This document shows positions 1 to 14,144 of a stretch of DNA of 64,000 nt, one piece after another. The DNA lies in NCBI RefSeq assembly GCF_046119375.1, contig NW_027362761.1:910842001-910906000 (forward strand), read 5' to 3'. How positions within the stretch are numbered: position 1 is the first letter of the stretch; every line of letters starts with the position of its first letter. This DNA is from Phyllobates terribilis. Taxonomy: Eukaryota. The notes under the pieces were generated by a model. It was not told where the DNA came from, ran no database searches, and saw nothing but the letters and a program-made list of their open reading frames with translations. A program made the translations under genes and the position numbers.

Positions 1-765
1 TTCCTCCACCTCCTCTGCTGACCTCATCTCTTGGCTGACTGTGGGTTGACAGTAAGTGGGATCTCCGACCTCATCATCATCACCCTGTGCGTTATCACAC
101 CCGTCGTCCTCAGAGCAAACCTGTTCCTGCCCTGACAAAAAACTAAAGTTGTCGCTCCAATCAGGTATTTGAGTCTTATCATCGTCTTCCTCATTGTCTC
201 CACCAACAGGAGTTACAGTTTGGGAATGAGGGTCTACATTATGGTCAGAACCTTCTGCGTCTGGTCCTGGATCCGACTCATAAAGATTCTGGGCATCAGT
301 GCAGATCATTTCCTCGTCTGGATTCACAGAAGCGCTGGAGTCGACCTCTGATTCCCAGGCTATAGTATGAGTAAACAGCTCTGCAGACTCAACCATCTGT
401 TCTACCTCATACTCAGACGGGCAGCTGGAGATTTGGGAGCTGTGAGGAAGCAAGTGCGATTTGGGTGACACCTTTGAGGACTGGAGTATTTGTGATGTTG
501 AAGTTGATGTGGAGGAGAGCCCACTAAAAGGAGCACTTGATATCCGTTGAAGCACCTGCTGTTTTTGTGCCTCATCTGGAATTTGTAGCGATTGGCGTGG
601 CCGTAAGAAAGGGATCTTATCACATTGTCCGCTAAAAGAAGTAGACATTTTAGTTTGGCTGGAAGATGGTCTTTCTTCTGCACCTACCCCACGGACACAA
701 CCTTTTTTCCCCTTCCCAACACGCCTATTCCCCTTTCCACCAGCAGCAGGCCTTTTTCCACTCAT
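1..765 (-). pseudogene. hAT transposase N-terminal segment (ATG at 765-763, MSGKRPAAGG...)
   Basis: Reverse-complement match to 56648-57425. Carries a 21-nt deletion relative to copy 3 near position 685 and a disrupted frame. Confidence 0.85.
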
Positions 766-880
766 TTTGGTGGTTAACTAATTCACAACTCTGGAGTTGT
801 TTGCACAAAAAAACAATGGATGGTAACCGAGCAGAGCTGAGTGGCCAAACTGTGGTATTAGGCCAAAACTATTGGCTGGG

Positions 881-3477
881 TTAGATGCAGAAAAAAAATA
901 TTTTTAATTTGCAACCTGATGGAGGTCAGTATAGATGGACTAATAGACCAAGTCCCACACACCGCTAGAAGCCCAAATATTTTTTCAGAGCTAGATGCAG
1001 AAAATTTTTTTATTCAATTTGCAACCTGATGGAGGTCAGTATAGATGGACTAATAGACCAAGTCCCACACACTGCTAGAAGCCCAAATATTTTTTCAGAG
1101 CTAGATGCAGAAAAAAATTATTTTTAATTTGCAACCTGATGGAGGTCAGTATAGATGGACTAATAGACGAAGTCCCACACACCGCTAGAAGCCCAAATAT
1201 TTTTTCAGAGCTAGATGCAGAAAAAAATTATTTTTAATTTGCAACCTGATGGAGGTCAGTATAGATGGGCTAATAGACCAAGTCCCACACACCGCTAGAA
1301 GCCCAAATATTTTTTCAGAGCTAGATGCAGAAAAAAATTATATTCAATTTGCAACCTGCTGGAGGTCAGTATAGAAGGACTAATAGAACAAGTCCCACAC
1401 ACTGCTAGAAGCCCAAATATTTTTTCAGAGCTAAATGAAGAAAAAAATTATTTTTAATTTGCAACCTGATGGAGGTCAGTATAGATGGACTAATAGACCA
1501 AGTCCCACACACTGCTAGAAGCCCAAATATTTTTTCAGAGCTAGATGCAGAAAAAAATTATTTTTAATTTGCAACCTGATGGAGGTCAGTATAGATGGAC
1601 TAATAGACCAAGTCCCACACACTGCTAGAAGCCCAAATATTTTTTCAGAGCTAGATGCAGAAAAAAATTATTTTTAGTTTGCAACCTGATGGAGGTCAGT
1701 ATAGATGGACTAATAGACCAAGTCCCACACACCGCTAGAAGCCCAAATATTTTTTCAGAGCTAGATGCAGAAAAAAATTATATTCAATTTGCAACCTGCT
1801 GGACGTCAGTATAGAAGGACTAATAGAACAAGTCCCACACACTGCTAGAAGCCCAAATATTTTTTCAGAGCTAAATGAAGAAAAAAATTATTTTTAATTT
1901 GCAACCTGATGGAGGTCAGTATAGATGGACTAATAGACCAAGTCCCACACACTGCTAGAAGCCCAAATATTTTTTCAGAGCTAGATGCAGAAAAAAATTA
2001 TTTTTAATTTGCAACCTGATGGAGGTCAGTATAGATGGACTAATAGACCAAGTCCCACACACTGCTAGAAGCCCAAATATTTTTTCAGAGCTAGATGCAG
2101 AAAAAAATTATTTTTAATTTGCAACCTGATGAAGGTCAGTATAGATGGACTAATAGAACAAGTCCCACACGCTGCTAGAAGCCCAAATATTTTTTCAGAG
2201 ATAAATGAAGAAAAAAATTATTTTTAATTTGCAACCTGATGGAGGTCAGTATAGATGGACTAATAGACCAAGTCCCACACACTGCTAGAAGCCCAAATAT
2301 TTTTTCAGAGCTAGATGCAGAAAAAAATTATTTTTAGTTTGCAACCTGATGGAGGTCAGTATAGATGGACTAATAGACCAAGTCCCACACACCGCTAGAA
2401 GCCCAAATATTTTTTCAGAGCTAGATGCAGAAAAAAATTATATTCAATTTGCAACCTGCTGGACGTCAGTATAGAAGGACTAATAGAACAAGTCCCACAC
2501 ACTGCTAGAAGCCCAAATATTTTTTCAGAGCTAAATGAAGAAAAAAATTATTTTTAATTTGCAACCTGATGGAGGTCAGTATAGATGGACTAATAGACCA
2601 AGTCCCACACACTGCTAGAAGCCCAAATATTTTTTCAGAGCTAGATGCAGAAAAAAATTATTTTTAATTTGCAACCTGATGGAGGTCAGTATAGATGGAC
2701 TAATAGACCAAGTCCCACACACCGCTAGAAGCCCAAATATTTTTTCAGAGCTAGATGCAGAAAATTTTTTTATTCAATTTGCAACCTGATGGAGGTCAGT
2801 ATAGATGGACTAATAGACCAAGTCCCACACACTGCTAGAAGCCCAAATATTTTTTCAGAGCTAGATGCAGAAAAAAATTATTTTTAATTTGCAACCTGAT
2901 GGAGGTCAGTATAGATGGACTAATAGACCAAGTCCCACACACTGCTAGAAGCCCAAATATTTTTTCAGAGCTAGATGCAGAAAAAAATTATTTTTAATTT
3001 GCAACCTGATGAAGGTCAGTATAGATGGACTAATAGAACAAGTCCCACACGCTGCTAGAAGCCCAAATATTTTTTCAGAGATAAATGAAGAAAAAAATTA
3101 TTTTTAATTTGCAACCTGATGGAGGTCAGTATAGATGGACTAATAGACCAAGTCCCACACACCGCTAGAAGCCCAAATATTTTTTCAGAGCTAGATGCAG
3201 AAAAAAATTATATTCAATTTGCAACCTGCTGGAGGTCAGTATAGAAGGACTAATAGAACAAGTCCCACACACTGCTAGAAGCCCAAATATTTTTTCAGAG
3301 CTAAATGAAGAAAAAAATTATTTTTAATTTGCAACCTGATGGAGGTCAGTATAGATGGACTAATAGACCAAGTCCCACACACTGCTAGAAGCCCAAATAT
3401 TTTTTCAGAGCTAGATGCAGAAAAAAATTATATTCAGTTTGCAACCTGATGGAGGTCAGTATAGATGGACTAATAGA
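881..3477. repeat. Tandem array inside hAT copy 1: exact 110-bp period, about 23.5 units
   Basis: GCAACCTG recurs at 911, 1021, 1131 ... 3441, every 110 bp with no indels. Confidence 0.97.
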
Positions 3478-3616
3478 ATGATGCTATGCCCAAAAGATTT
3501 TACTTCACTAGGTGCAGTAAAAAAATTGGTATTCTATACACAGGTGGTATATCTTGCAACACAGATAGGCTACTCCACTGACTAACACACTCTGCAATAG
3601 GCCAAAAAGGATTAGC

Positions 3617-4038
3617 TGTTATGTTCTGCTACCAGAGCTAAGGAAAGAGAGGAGATCTGTCCCTACTATAGGACTCAGCTGAATCCCTACGATGTAACAG
3701 GGAACCTGATCCTGCGATCAGACCTGCTAAAGTCCTAAGCTAGTCTGTACGAAGACCTATAGATGTGGGGGAGGAATCCCTACAAGTACTAAGGACTGGG
3801 AGGAATATGGGACACCTCCTAACAGAAATAGTAGCAGACAGACGAACAAACAAAATATAAAGAACATAGAGGTCCGTAGACCAAGCAAAGTAACAGAGCA
3901 AGACACAGAGCACAGGCTAGCTAGAAAGTAGATATACAATGAAGTCCAGCAAAGCCAGAAGGGCGGAGCAGGATTAAATAGGCCAACAAGGTCATGTGAC
4001 CAGCAAAGGAAAAAAAACCTAACAGCAAGGTTCTAACA
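3617..4038 (-). mobile_element. Solo LTR (422 bp) related to the chromovirus at 28977-33965
   Basis: TGTT...AACA ends and 5-bp TSD TTAGC (3612-3616 / 4039-4043). The empty site (GCTAA, opposite orientation) is seen in hAT copy 3 near 54207. Same length as and clear homology to LTR 28977-29398. Confidence 0.95.
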
Positions 4039-6223
4039 TTAGCTTTGCTAGATTCAGCCAAATGCTGTGAAAAAAACTTGCACAGCACTGGCACAGACCT
4101 GCCTGGCAAAAACTGATAGGAACTGATGTAACCTAGTCCTGAAAAGGACTCCAATTACAATTAGTCTTTACTCCCACAATCTATCTATTTAAGAGCACAG
4201 ACCTGCCTGATAAAAGTCGTAGGAAATGCTGTAACCTAGTCCTTAAAAGGACTGCAATCACAACTATTCCCTACTCCCAAGCTATCTGTATATTTGTGCG
4301 AAAATTGGCTTGAAATTAACAAGGTATAGCGCACACAGCAACAGCGGTGCCGTCTAACACGCAGCTGCAGCAGTGAGAAAATGGTGGCGACGGGGAAAAT
4401 GGCTTGGTCTTATAGGGCAAGGACATGTGACATACACTGCCAATGACACATGCCCTTGCTTGTGTGAAAAAAAGCACTTCGCTCCCTGTGTGCGCTGCTG
4501 ATAGGCTGACAGATTGCACCTCCCCACTGCAAATGCGGGAAAGAGAAAAAAAAATGGAGATCTTCATTATTCCTGCAGAGATCCATCCCCTGCCCCTCCC
4601 CCCGCCCCGCTGTACACTCAAACTGCGTATTAACATTAATTTTCATCATTACTAAGAAAAAATCCAGTTATGATTTTGGTGCACGAACAGTTATCGAACA
4701 TAACCTCGAACAGCCGAATTTTTCTCAAATTGTTCGTGTTCGCCGACCGGCTCGAACACCGCCCAAAACAGCTCGAATTTGAGATTGGCGAACAGTTCGA
4801 GTAGAACAACGCTCATCTCTACTCATGAATACGTTTTACTACCTGGCAGCAGGTTTACTAGTTCTCTAAAGATAATCTTCTCCTGATAAAGCAGTTATTT
4901 TATCAAAACTAGACTAAGCAGACCAGCAAGTGATACGACACTGGAATCAGGTCTCTGTCTCCACATTATGCTGCTCTCAGATTAGATAGCAAAAATCTGG
5001 TGACAGGTTTCCTTTAATGGAAATTATCACCGTGAGCACTGAAGTAGCAAACTTTGTAAAAAGCTAAATTTGTGTCAGTCTCAAAACTTTTGGCCATGAA
5101 CTTTTGTTGACTTTACAATATTTTGCTATAGCCTAGTAATATCATATTTCAATGATTTTTGAACAAAATAAATGAAATAAAATGGCCACAAACAATGCAA
5201 TAAAACTCAGTCTGTGAATGTGGCCTAAATCTGTTTTTTCAACCTTTCAATACTACGGAGATAAAATGAATGTATATATGCATTTTTAGCAACAAATAGC
5301 AACAGACTGTATGCAAATAAAGTACTCGTCATCATAAATAAGCAAAATAATGGTGGATATTTAACAAGCAAAATACATCAGAAGTATAGCCCTATTTACT
5401 TAGAACTGTCTATAGATAGTTTTAAAAAGTATATAGAAAAGTGGGCATGGCTTTAGGACTCTATATACATCAGTGGTGTGCCCCCAGTATTATCAGAAAA
5501 TGTTAGAGTAAAGTAAAGTAAGTCCGCCAAGAGGTGGCATAAGGAAGTGTGTCTAGAATTCTAAAAAGAAGTGGTTAATATTTTACAGTGTTCACCATTG
5601 AAATAAATTTAGCACAGGTTCTGTCTGTCACATCTATTTTATTCTGTCTGAGTTTAACATAATATTAATAAATCTCCTGCAATGTGTATGTCATAAAAAC
5701 TTTACAGCTGTCACAAAACAATTCTTCCTAATTTAATATGTTGTCATCTTTCCTTCCAATATGGATCTTTATCAATTCATAAAGATGTAAGAACTAAAGA
5801 GGATCAAATATTTTTAAATTCAAATTTGTCAGGTTTGATAATTTTCTCTAAAATCAATTTACTGCCAATTGAAATATTGTAAAGCCTTTAATAGCCCTGA
5901 AAAGATGAGTATAAGACTTTGAGGTCTCCTATGACTGTATCAAACAGCTTTCTAAGATAAATATTATCTTTGTAATATCAAAGTGACCTCACCATAAAAA
6001 TGTATGGCAACCCGGTAATATCTAACAGCTCTTTTAATAACACAGAGCACTAAGACACTTTTCATGTTATTAAAATTAAAATAACTGTCCAAAAATTATC
6101 CCTCTTAGTCATTTATAAGAAGGTACACCATTCTGTGCAAAGCATTGACTCAAACTGATGAGGATGATGTCACCGTCAGAAATTATATCATCCTGCTGTG
6201 AATGAGATGAGTGATGTGTCATG

Positions 6224-7752
6224 CACTAATGAGCAGAAGGGTAACAATGTTTTGAACTTTTGACTTTCAGGCTCCATATCTCACCATCCACTACTGCTTT
6301 CAATGTGAGACTACCATCATTTTATAGACAATCATCTTGGCTATCTCATACATAAATATGACTTGCAACTATTTAGCATATGATTAGCTATGCAAATTCT
6401 TGTCATGTCACTTTTATTATTTTGTAAATCCACCTTTGGCTGTCAACACTGCCTGAATCCTTCTGGGCATGCTGTCTATCCGATTTACACATGTCTCGAC
6501 CAAAATCTGATCCCAGATCTCTTATACATGTTCCCAAAGTTGTTGCATACTGGTCAGCTCACTTGGGTATATATACAGTTTTTTCTTGAACTTTACCCAC
6601 AAGTGTTCGATTGGGTTGAGGTCTGAGGACTGTGGGGAACAATCCAGCATCTCTACTTCATTGTCATTGAACCATTTCTTTGCCAAGCTTGACGTATGCT
6701 TCAGGTCGTTGTCCTGCTGGTACACTATGTAGTCCTTTTCATACCCATAGTACTCAAGCGTACAAAGTGACTCATCTTGAAGGATACTCACATATAGCTC
6801 AGCATTGAGACCACCATTGATCCTGGTCAAGTATCCAACACATTTGGCTGTGAAACAACCAAAGGTTCCTCCACTGAATTTGAAACTTCCTTCAATTTCT
6901 CAATCCGTTAACCCCTTTTTTGCTTGTTTTTTTCTAGACCCATTTGCACCCATTAGAGCCTAATCCATTGACTTTAGTCTCATTGCTCCAAATCACCCGT
7001 TTCCAATCTTCAACTGTCCACTTTTCGTAAACTCAAACTGACGCTTCTTATGACAATATGGAAGTCGAGGCTTCTTCACCTTTTTTCAGGCCACCATTCC
7101 AGACTTTTGTAACGTGCGTCGCACTGTGCTTGCATGGACATCTGTGATCTCACTATTACGAAGCATACGAGCCACCTCCACTGCCATTTTTCTCGCGCTA
7201 GAACTGAAAGACCGTGAGATGAGCCTACTTATTAACTCCAATATTTTGCCCGGACAGCCACCTCTTGGCTTTTGAATGGATGGATGGGCTTCATTTAGTA
7301 TTCTTCCACTGTCATGGTACTCACATGATGCAGTTTGGCAATTTTCTTGGCTGACAAACCGCTATCGATGAGCTGGATGATGCTGTTTCTCTTTTCTTGG
7401 GGAAATCTTCATGGCTGCTCCTCGATTCGAACCAGTGATCTTTCGCTTGGGAATCAACCTAATAACACACTGAGCTATTAGGGAATGTGAGAACAGGTTG
7501 TATTTTGTAGTATTCAGGATGAAAAATATTTTTCAACCTCCAAGAGCAAAACTGTAACAATATAGTGACATGTCAAGAATCTGCATAACTAATCATATGC
7601 TAAATAGTTGCAAGTCAAATTTATGTATGAGATAGCCAAGATGATTGTCTATTAAATGATGGTAGTCTCAAGTTCAAAACAGTAGAGGATGGTGAGATAT
7701 GGAGCCTTAAAGTCAAAAGTTCAAAACATTGTTACCCTTTTGCTCATTAGTG
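6224..7752 (-). mobile_element. Tc1-like (DD34E) transposon, decayed, with ~190-bp TIRs
   Basis: Long inverted repeats at 6224-~6412 and ~7563-7752. ORF 6522-6830 contains QQDNDLKH...DLNPIEHLW with 34 residues between D and E. The TA TSD is not intact. Confidence 0.9.
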
Positions 7753-9301
7753 TTTATTTCATAGGACCTTACGTTTTTCCCCCATTAATTTCCCTACTGG
7801 CGGCCAAGGGGTCAAATTGTAGCCCGCATTTGGTAGCAGTGTTACCTGAAATGCAGGGGCCAGTGGTTGGTGACTGGTGATGCCTCTACTGCTGCTAGCA
7901 GCTCCCACATTCTTAGCCGTGGAATGTTTTTTCAACCATTGCCTAAAAAACATAACAAGCAATAGATAGCTAGATGTACAGATAGCAAAATGTGGCAGCC
8001 ACAGTATAGGTATCAAATTAGAATATTGAGACAAGTATATAAAAACATACATGGATAATTAAATGTCTACATTTTTTAAACATTTTTTAAAAATTTGTTA
8101 AAAAAATTCAACCCCCTTTCCAAAAATGAAATGATAAGGAATGCTACATAGGTACACTTTCAAAAAAGTCAGTACCTGTAATAGGGTGCTGTATTGGTAT
8201 GGCGTGTACAAATGTAAAACTTGACTAGTAAAACAGATGTACAAATAAAAAAAGTTTGCAACACATACACTTTGTGAGTTTAACAGTAGCAGTTAAATAT
8301 CTGTAAATATCTGGATTTTGCAGCATTTTCTTTAGCATTTTTTCAAAAATAATTATTCCTCCCTTCACAAAAATTATTTCACAAAAAACAATTGCAGAAG
8401 AAATTCAAAAACTCATATATTTTTTCTGTAAAAAAACACTGTGCTGCCTTGCTGCACTTTTCTTGTGCATTAAGAATCAATAAAAAAAATTAGAACTGTA
8501 ATTAAAATGCAGTAGGAAACATGCCAGCTATGCTATAACACTGATCAATCACGTTGAGGCGGTTAATACTGCTAGCATCTACCTATCTTTCTATCAATTA
8601 TTATTCATAAACTAATACACTCATCTTCACTGTTGCAGTTGTACAATATATTGCTGTCCGTGGTATTTGTTTAATGGCTTTCTCTTAGTGTCTCTATTAT
8701 TGAGCTGTTAACTCTGATGTCTTTTCATTATCTTATCCTAAAATGGTGTCTGCATTCCCTGCCTAGGTTATTATACAGGCTTTGATAATCCCTCCTAATT
8801 AGCTGCACTATACTATGTGATGTGTTAGTTGCAAGGCATTATGGGGAAGCCCGTGTGGTTGCGCCTATGGTCTTGTCAGCCTTCTATCGCTGATTCAATC
8901 TTCTGCAACGTGTAAAAAAAGAGGCAGTCATTTTTTGGGTGATTCGAGTGAATCAAATCACAAATTGTTGAAATTCACTGGGACCTGCGACTTTCATAAA
9001 ATACGACTTGAATTTGATTAGCATTGAATTAATTTGCTCATCTCTAGTAACAACACATAGTGAGCCTTAAGAGGAGTCAAAAAATGAATATCAAACTATG
9101 CATAGCACCTTGCAGAGAAATAGTTTTTACATATGATACCATTAGTGTTTTAATCCATTGCTGCTTTTACCAAAAAATCCTTCTTTACTCAAATATGCTA
9201 ATGAGGTGTTTGATGGTTCAACGTACCTGTTCACCAACTTGTTATACATGTACATTTTTAGAGCTAGCACTGTCAATCAAGGAACAGGGTGGAGATATAA
9301 G

Positions 9302-10417
9302 TGTAACACGTATCAGGGAGATATTGAGGAATATTGAAAGTCTGACATAGATATTGGCCATTTCTCTCAGGCTTTTCTTCACCCCCTCTCCCTTGTTCAT
9401 CTTTTGAGAGCTGTCTCCATGAAAATATACAGTATCTTCCTGCAAATTATCACCCACAGCCAAAAAGCCTTACACAAACAAATGCCAGCCAAGAGGTATC
9501 ACCAAACTTCATTAAGATGCGAGCCTTTTGTCCCTGGCACATGCAGGGGGGTAATTACTGGCAGAATTGCACTAATTTGCTTGTAACTGGGAAAATTGCT
9601 TTCCCAAGCTTAACAAAGAAAGCTCCAGACAATCCGACTACGAAATGAAATATGAAATATTGTAAGTTCCATGCGTCTGACAATAATGGGACCTTTATTT
9701 CTAGTGACAGAAACAGCCAAGGAATGTTCATTGTTGCAAGCCAAATTAGAGAGCTGTAGCGCAAAAACACCAGAATAGAAGACTGCAGCTATGGGATGTG
9801 TGGTCTCTAAATGAAGGTAAAATCATAAAGGGAAAAAATGTCATAGTTTGCAAGCTTCTGCGATCAACGAGCGATGAGTTATTGCAGAAGTTAGCATTTT
9901 TAATAAAAATGTACAGGCTGGAGACCAGCCCACATGATGTAACCACAGCAGGCGTGTGGCCAGATCTCCCCTTAGGTATAAGAGAACCCATGGACATTAG
10001 ATGAGCACTCATAGCCAGGGGGGAATAAGAATTATAAGCAACGGGTCCTGTTCGATAACAGCATAATCACACTGGGGAGCCTCTCCTCCACCTATATTGA
10101 ATCGTCTCCGCGATCGTATAGTGTAAGTTTTTCTTCTTTTATCCTGTTTATTTTATGTAACTGCTTGTGTATTTTAATGTCTCCTTTGTAACATCCTTGT
10201 ATATATTATTTATTAAACACTGCCTCCCTTTTGGATAAAATATAAAATGTAATAGTTCTGTTTCTTTTGTTCTGTAATCGCTCTCTTCCCCAAAGCCATA
10301 TACGATACCAAAATGCAGGCGTCCGGCCACGCCTGTATTATATTTCAAACTCGGCCGGTGGTGGCAGAGAATAATAATAATTGGGCTATCGTGAAGCTGA
10401 CAGTGAGGGCGTAAACA
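9302..10417 (+). mobile_element. Possible solo LTR (boundaries uncertain)
   Basis: TGTAAC start and GTAAACA end, TATAAGA near 9977, ATTAAA near 10212. No TSD found and no second copy in the window. Confidence 0.3.
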
Positions 10418-13400
10418 CAGATTCCAGGCTTTGGAACCCAGAGGTGTGACGCCATACTATCATTGGTCGCTTGCCGATATCCACGCAGCGAGTAGTCTGG
10501 ATCACATGCTCGTGATTTCGGACAAAATACTGACAGCGTGACAGCACGGTGAGATATCGCGTGATCTCACCAATGTCATCGCTGTGTGGTGATCCATGAC
10601 ACAAGTAAGTGGGAAGGTGCATGATCCACTTGACTATGCCAAGGGTGCACCAAGCATCTCACTAACATATCTCAATAATGAATTGGCTACAAGTTGCTGT
10701 GCTTACTTTGGACACTCATTTTGTGCTTACCCACTTACTCTTCATTAGGTAGAAATACTTTTAATGTAATTTTTTTCAAATACTTCCATTTTTTTTAAAG
10801 GATATTAGATATAGGTGTAAACTCACCTGCGTCTACCACTCATTCCAAAATTGAGCTTTGATTACCAGCAACCATGCACCTGACAAGTACAAGCGGCAGA
10901 AGGGTTGGTCACATATCATTGATAAGCGTTACAGAATTGCTGCAGACAGATGAGTTGCACCTGCTTCATGTTGTGCCTGTTGATAGGAAATAGCTTAAAC
11001 ATATTGGAATGAGCATTTTAAAATACGTTTCCATTTTTAGCTCTGGCCAAAGCTTTGGTAACATTCAGTCTTAAGAGAAAGCAAATAGTGTGACAAAAAA
11101 TGCAAGCGATTTGTTAGTGTCTATGACTATATAAATATTTTATTTGGCTCTAAAAATTCAACCATCTCATTGACAGATGGAAAGCAATTCTGAGTCATAC
11201 CTTATAATCTATGATGACAAAGAAAAAAACTCTGCCCTTGCTCCATTCCAACAAGGTATTTTAGAGTTCCGATTCTTGAGATCGGTAGGTGTTCCAAAAC
11301 CCATAGGTGTGAATAGGTGATAACCAGTGGATATGTGATAACTTGCCCATTTGGGAATAGTCCATCAAATGGGGTTTTCCTGTTTAATGTTTTTTAGGCT
11401 TGCAGACTGATAAAATAACAAACTGAGTTTTTACCCTCTGCGGGTCTAGTGTTGACTCTCCACCGCTGCTGCAGTCTTTGTTAATCAGCTGCAGCGATGA
11501 TGTCATGTCTACAGCTTAGCCCTGCAGCCAATCAGAGAGACACAGAGCCAAGTGGTCACCCTTGCTTTACAAAAGTGAAGACGTTTTTTGTAACGGAGAC
11601 ATGATTTAAGTAATTTTACAAAATTTTGTGATATTGAACATGAAAAGGACATTGAAAAAGTGAGATTGGTTCTTGTTTGGATGTTACAAAGGAAAAAGGT
11701 AAAGAAAAAATGCTAAAAAAGAGAAAATTGTCAAAGTTCGAGATTTACCCGAACTCTGCGGGTAGAAAATGAACTTTATTCTCACCGGCAGCATTCGGTT
11801 TCAGTCATGGGGGCAGCACCGGCACTGGTTCAGTCACCACTCTGTAACCGCACCTCCGGCTCTGACTGACACTCGCTCTGCATTGCGGCTAGCTGTCAGT
11901 CAGGGCTGGGAGCTCGGTTACAGCCGCTGCTCTGTTTCCTCAGAGTGATGACTGAACCAGCGCCCCCCTGTGACTGAAACCAAATGCTGCCAGGGAGACT
12001 AAAGTTAATTTTCTCCCCGCAGGTTTGGCTAAGTGCAGGCGCCAGGCAGCATAATAACGCTATTAACCTGCAAATTAACTTCATATCTGCAGGTTAATAG
12101 GGTTTTTGCTGGTGACAGTTTCCCTTTAAGTGAAATCTTTGCTCTTGATCCTCACATAGAGCATTCCACTACTATATGATATATTGCCTTGTTTCTGTGC
12201 AAACAACTCTGATTTCCAGCTTCATCAGGACTTTAGCAGAATGCCTGCGTTTCCACAATGTCATCTTAGAACAAAGAAATACTGATTGAGAGCTTTGTTG
12301 GAACTTTTTTTTTTAACTATATACCTGCTCCTGATATTCAACCAGCTATCTCCTTGTTTATTCTGAAACCCCTGCCATGAAATAAAAAAAGATTGTAAGA
12401 AATTCCCAAGTTAGTAGCTAGAGGCTGGATTTTGTTACAGTCTTAATTGAAGTTCTATTAGCTGATTATTTCCTGACTTTTCTCTAATTAGCCCATACAA
12501 ACTTTAAACTCTCAAAAAGAATCCCATTGCTAATCATCATTTCCTGTCACTGCATCATCTTCTCCTGCTTTAGAGCTTGATAAGCTTCCAAGTCATGTAC
12601 AGAGGAGAAAGACCATTACTGAATGCTTTCCATCTTCCGTTGATCAAAATAATTAGACCACTGTGTAGTTCCAGCCATGAAACGGCCCTTACTACAAAAG
12701 AAGTAAAGTAGCAGTGCCAAAGTAATTTAATGGTGAAAGCCTAAGATATGGATTCATTGTTTCTGACCTTTACATTGCTTGAATACTAAATAACTGAGAT
12801 ACAGATGTGGCTCTTTATTATCAAACTTCTCATTACATATACAAAATATATCCTGAAGTTAATGTTGATTTTATATGTCACTAAGTAATGTATCAATTAA
12901 TAGAATTAAACTCTTATTGTAAGGTTATAGTACTGTTGAATAAAAGCTTAGATAAAAGTACTGTTTTTGAAACCTTTCTTAAAGGGGATACATAGCAGAT
13001 AAAATAGTTTTAAAAAAAGACTACTATGAAAAAAATAAAAGAAGAAATGCTTACCGTCACCCCTTTCTTACACTTGCTCAGTCCTGAGGTAGCTTGACAC
13101 CGTTAAAGCCAGTGATTGGTTGAGCAGGCATTTCTTGCAGCTTCTGGTGTGTAAAAAAATTGAACTTTTATGCCTAGAATGTACTGGCTTCTATAAGAAT
13201 CTATCTCTTCCCTCAAGTAATACTTATGATTAGAGATGAGCGGTGTTCGACTCGAACTGTTCGCCAATCTCAAATTCGAGCTGTTTTGGGCGGTGTTCGA
13301 GCCGTTCGGCGAACACAAACAATTTGAAAAACATTCGGCTGTTCGAGGTTATGTTCGATAACTGTTCGTGCACCAAAATCATAACTGGATTTTTTCTCAG

Positions 13401-14144
13401 TAATGCTGAAAATTAATGTTAATACGCAGTTTGAGTGTACAGTGGGGCGGGGGGAGGGGCAGGGGATGGATCTCGGCAGGAATAATGAAGATCTCCATTT
13501 TTTTTTCTCTTTCCCGCATTTACAGTGGGGAGGTGCAATCTGTCAGCCTATCAGCAGCGCACACACGGAGCGAACTGCTTTTTTTCACACAAGCAAGGGC
13601 ATGTGTCATTGGCAGTGTAGGTCACATGTCCTTGCCCTATAAGACCCAGCCATTTTCCCTGTCGCCACCATTTTCTCACTGCTGCAGCTGCGTGTTAGAC
13701 GGCACCGCTGTTGCTGTGTGCGCTATACTTTGTTAATTTCAATCGAAGTTTCGCACAAATCTACAGATAGCTTGGGAGTAGGGAATAGTTGTGATTGCAG
13801 TCTTTTTAAGGACTAGGTTATATCATTTCCTATGACTTTTATCAGGCAGGTCTGTGCTCTTAAATAGATAGGTTGGGAGTAAAGACTAATTGTAATTGCA
13901 GTCCTTTTGAGGGCTAGATTATATCAGTTCCTATCACTTTTTGCCAGGCAGGTCTGTGCCAGTGCTGTGCAAGTTTTTTTCAGAGCATTTGGCTAAATCT
14001 AGCAAAGCAAATCCATTTTGGCCTCTTGCAGTGTGTGTTAGTCAGTGGAGTAGCCTATCTGTGTTGCAAGCTACACCACCTGTGTATAGAATACCAATTT
14101 TTTTACTGCACCTAGTGTAGTAAAACCTTTTGGGCATAGCATCA

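Larger units (their letters stand above)
1..4821 (-). mobile_element. hAT DNA transposon, copy 1 (left end plus transposase 5' part; continues beyond window start)
   Basis: Terminal GCTCATCTCTA ends at 4821 (reverse complement TAGAGATGAGC). The arm is near-identical in reverse to 53428-56650 and 13231-14150. Transposase N-terminus at 1-765. Confidence 0.95.

Noticed and set aside
881-3477. CRISPR-like appearance of the regular repeats (also 14145-16400 and 54345-56535)
   Set aside because: Units are contiguous full-length monomers with no unique spacers, there are no cas genes, and the context is eukaryotic.
13403-13736. 79- and 106-aa ORFs conserved in all three hAT left arms (also 4316-4649 and 53600-53933)
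   Set aside because: Conservation follows from TE copy identity. The ORFs overlap, have no recognisable domain, and depend largely on alternative starts.
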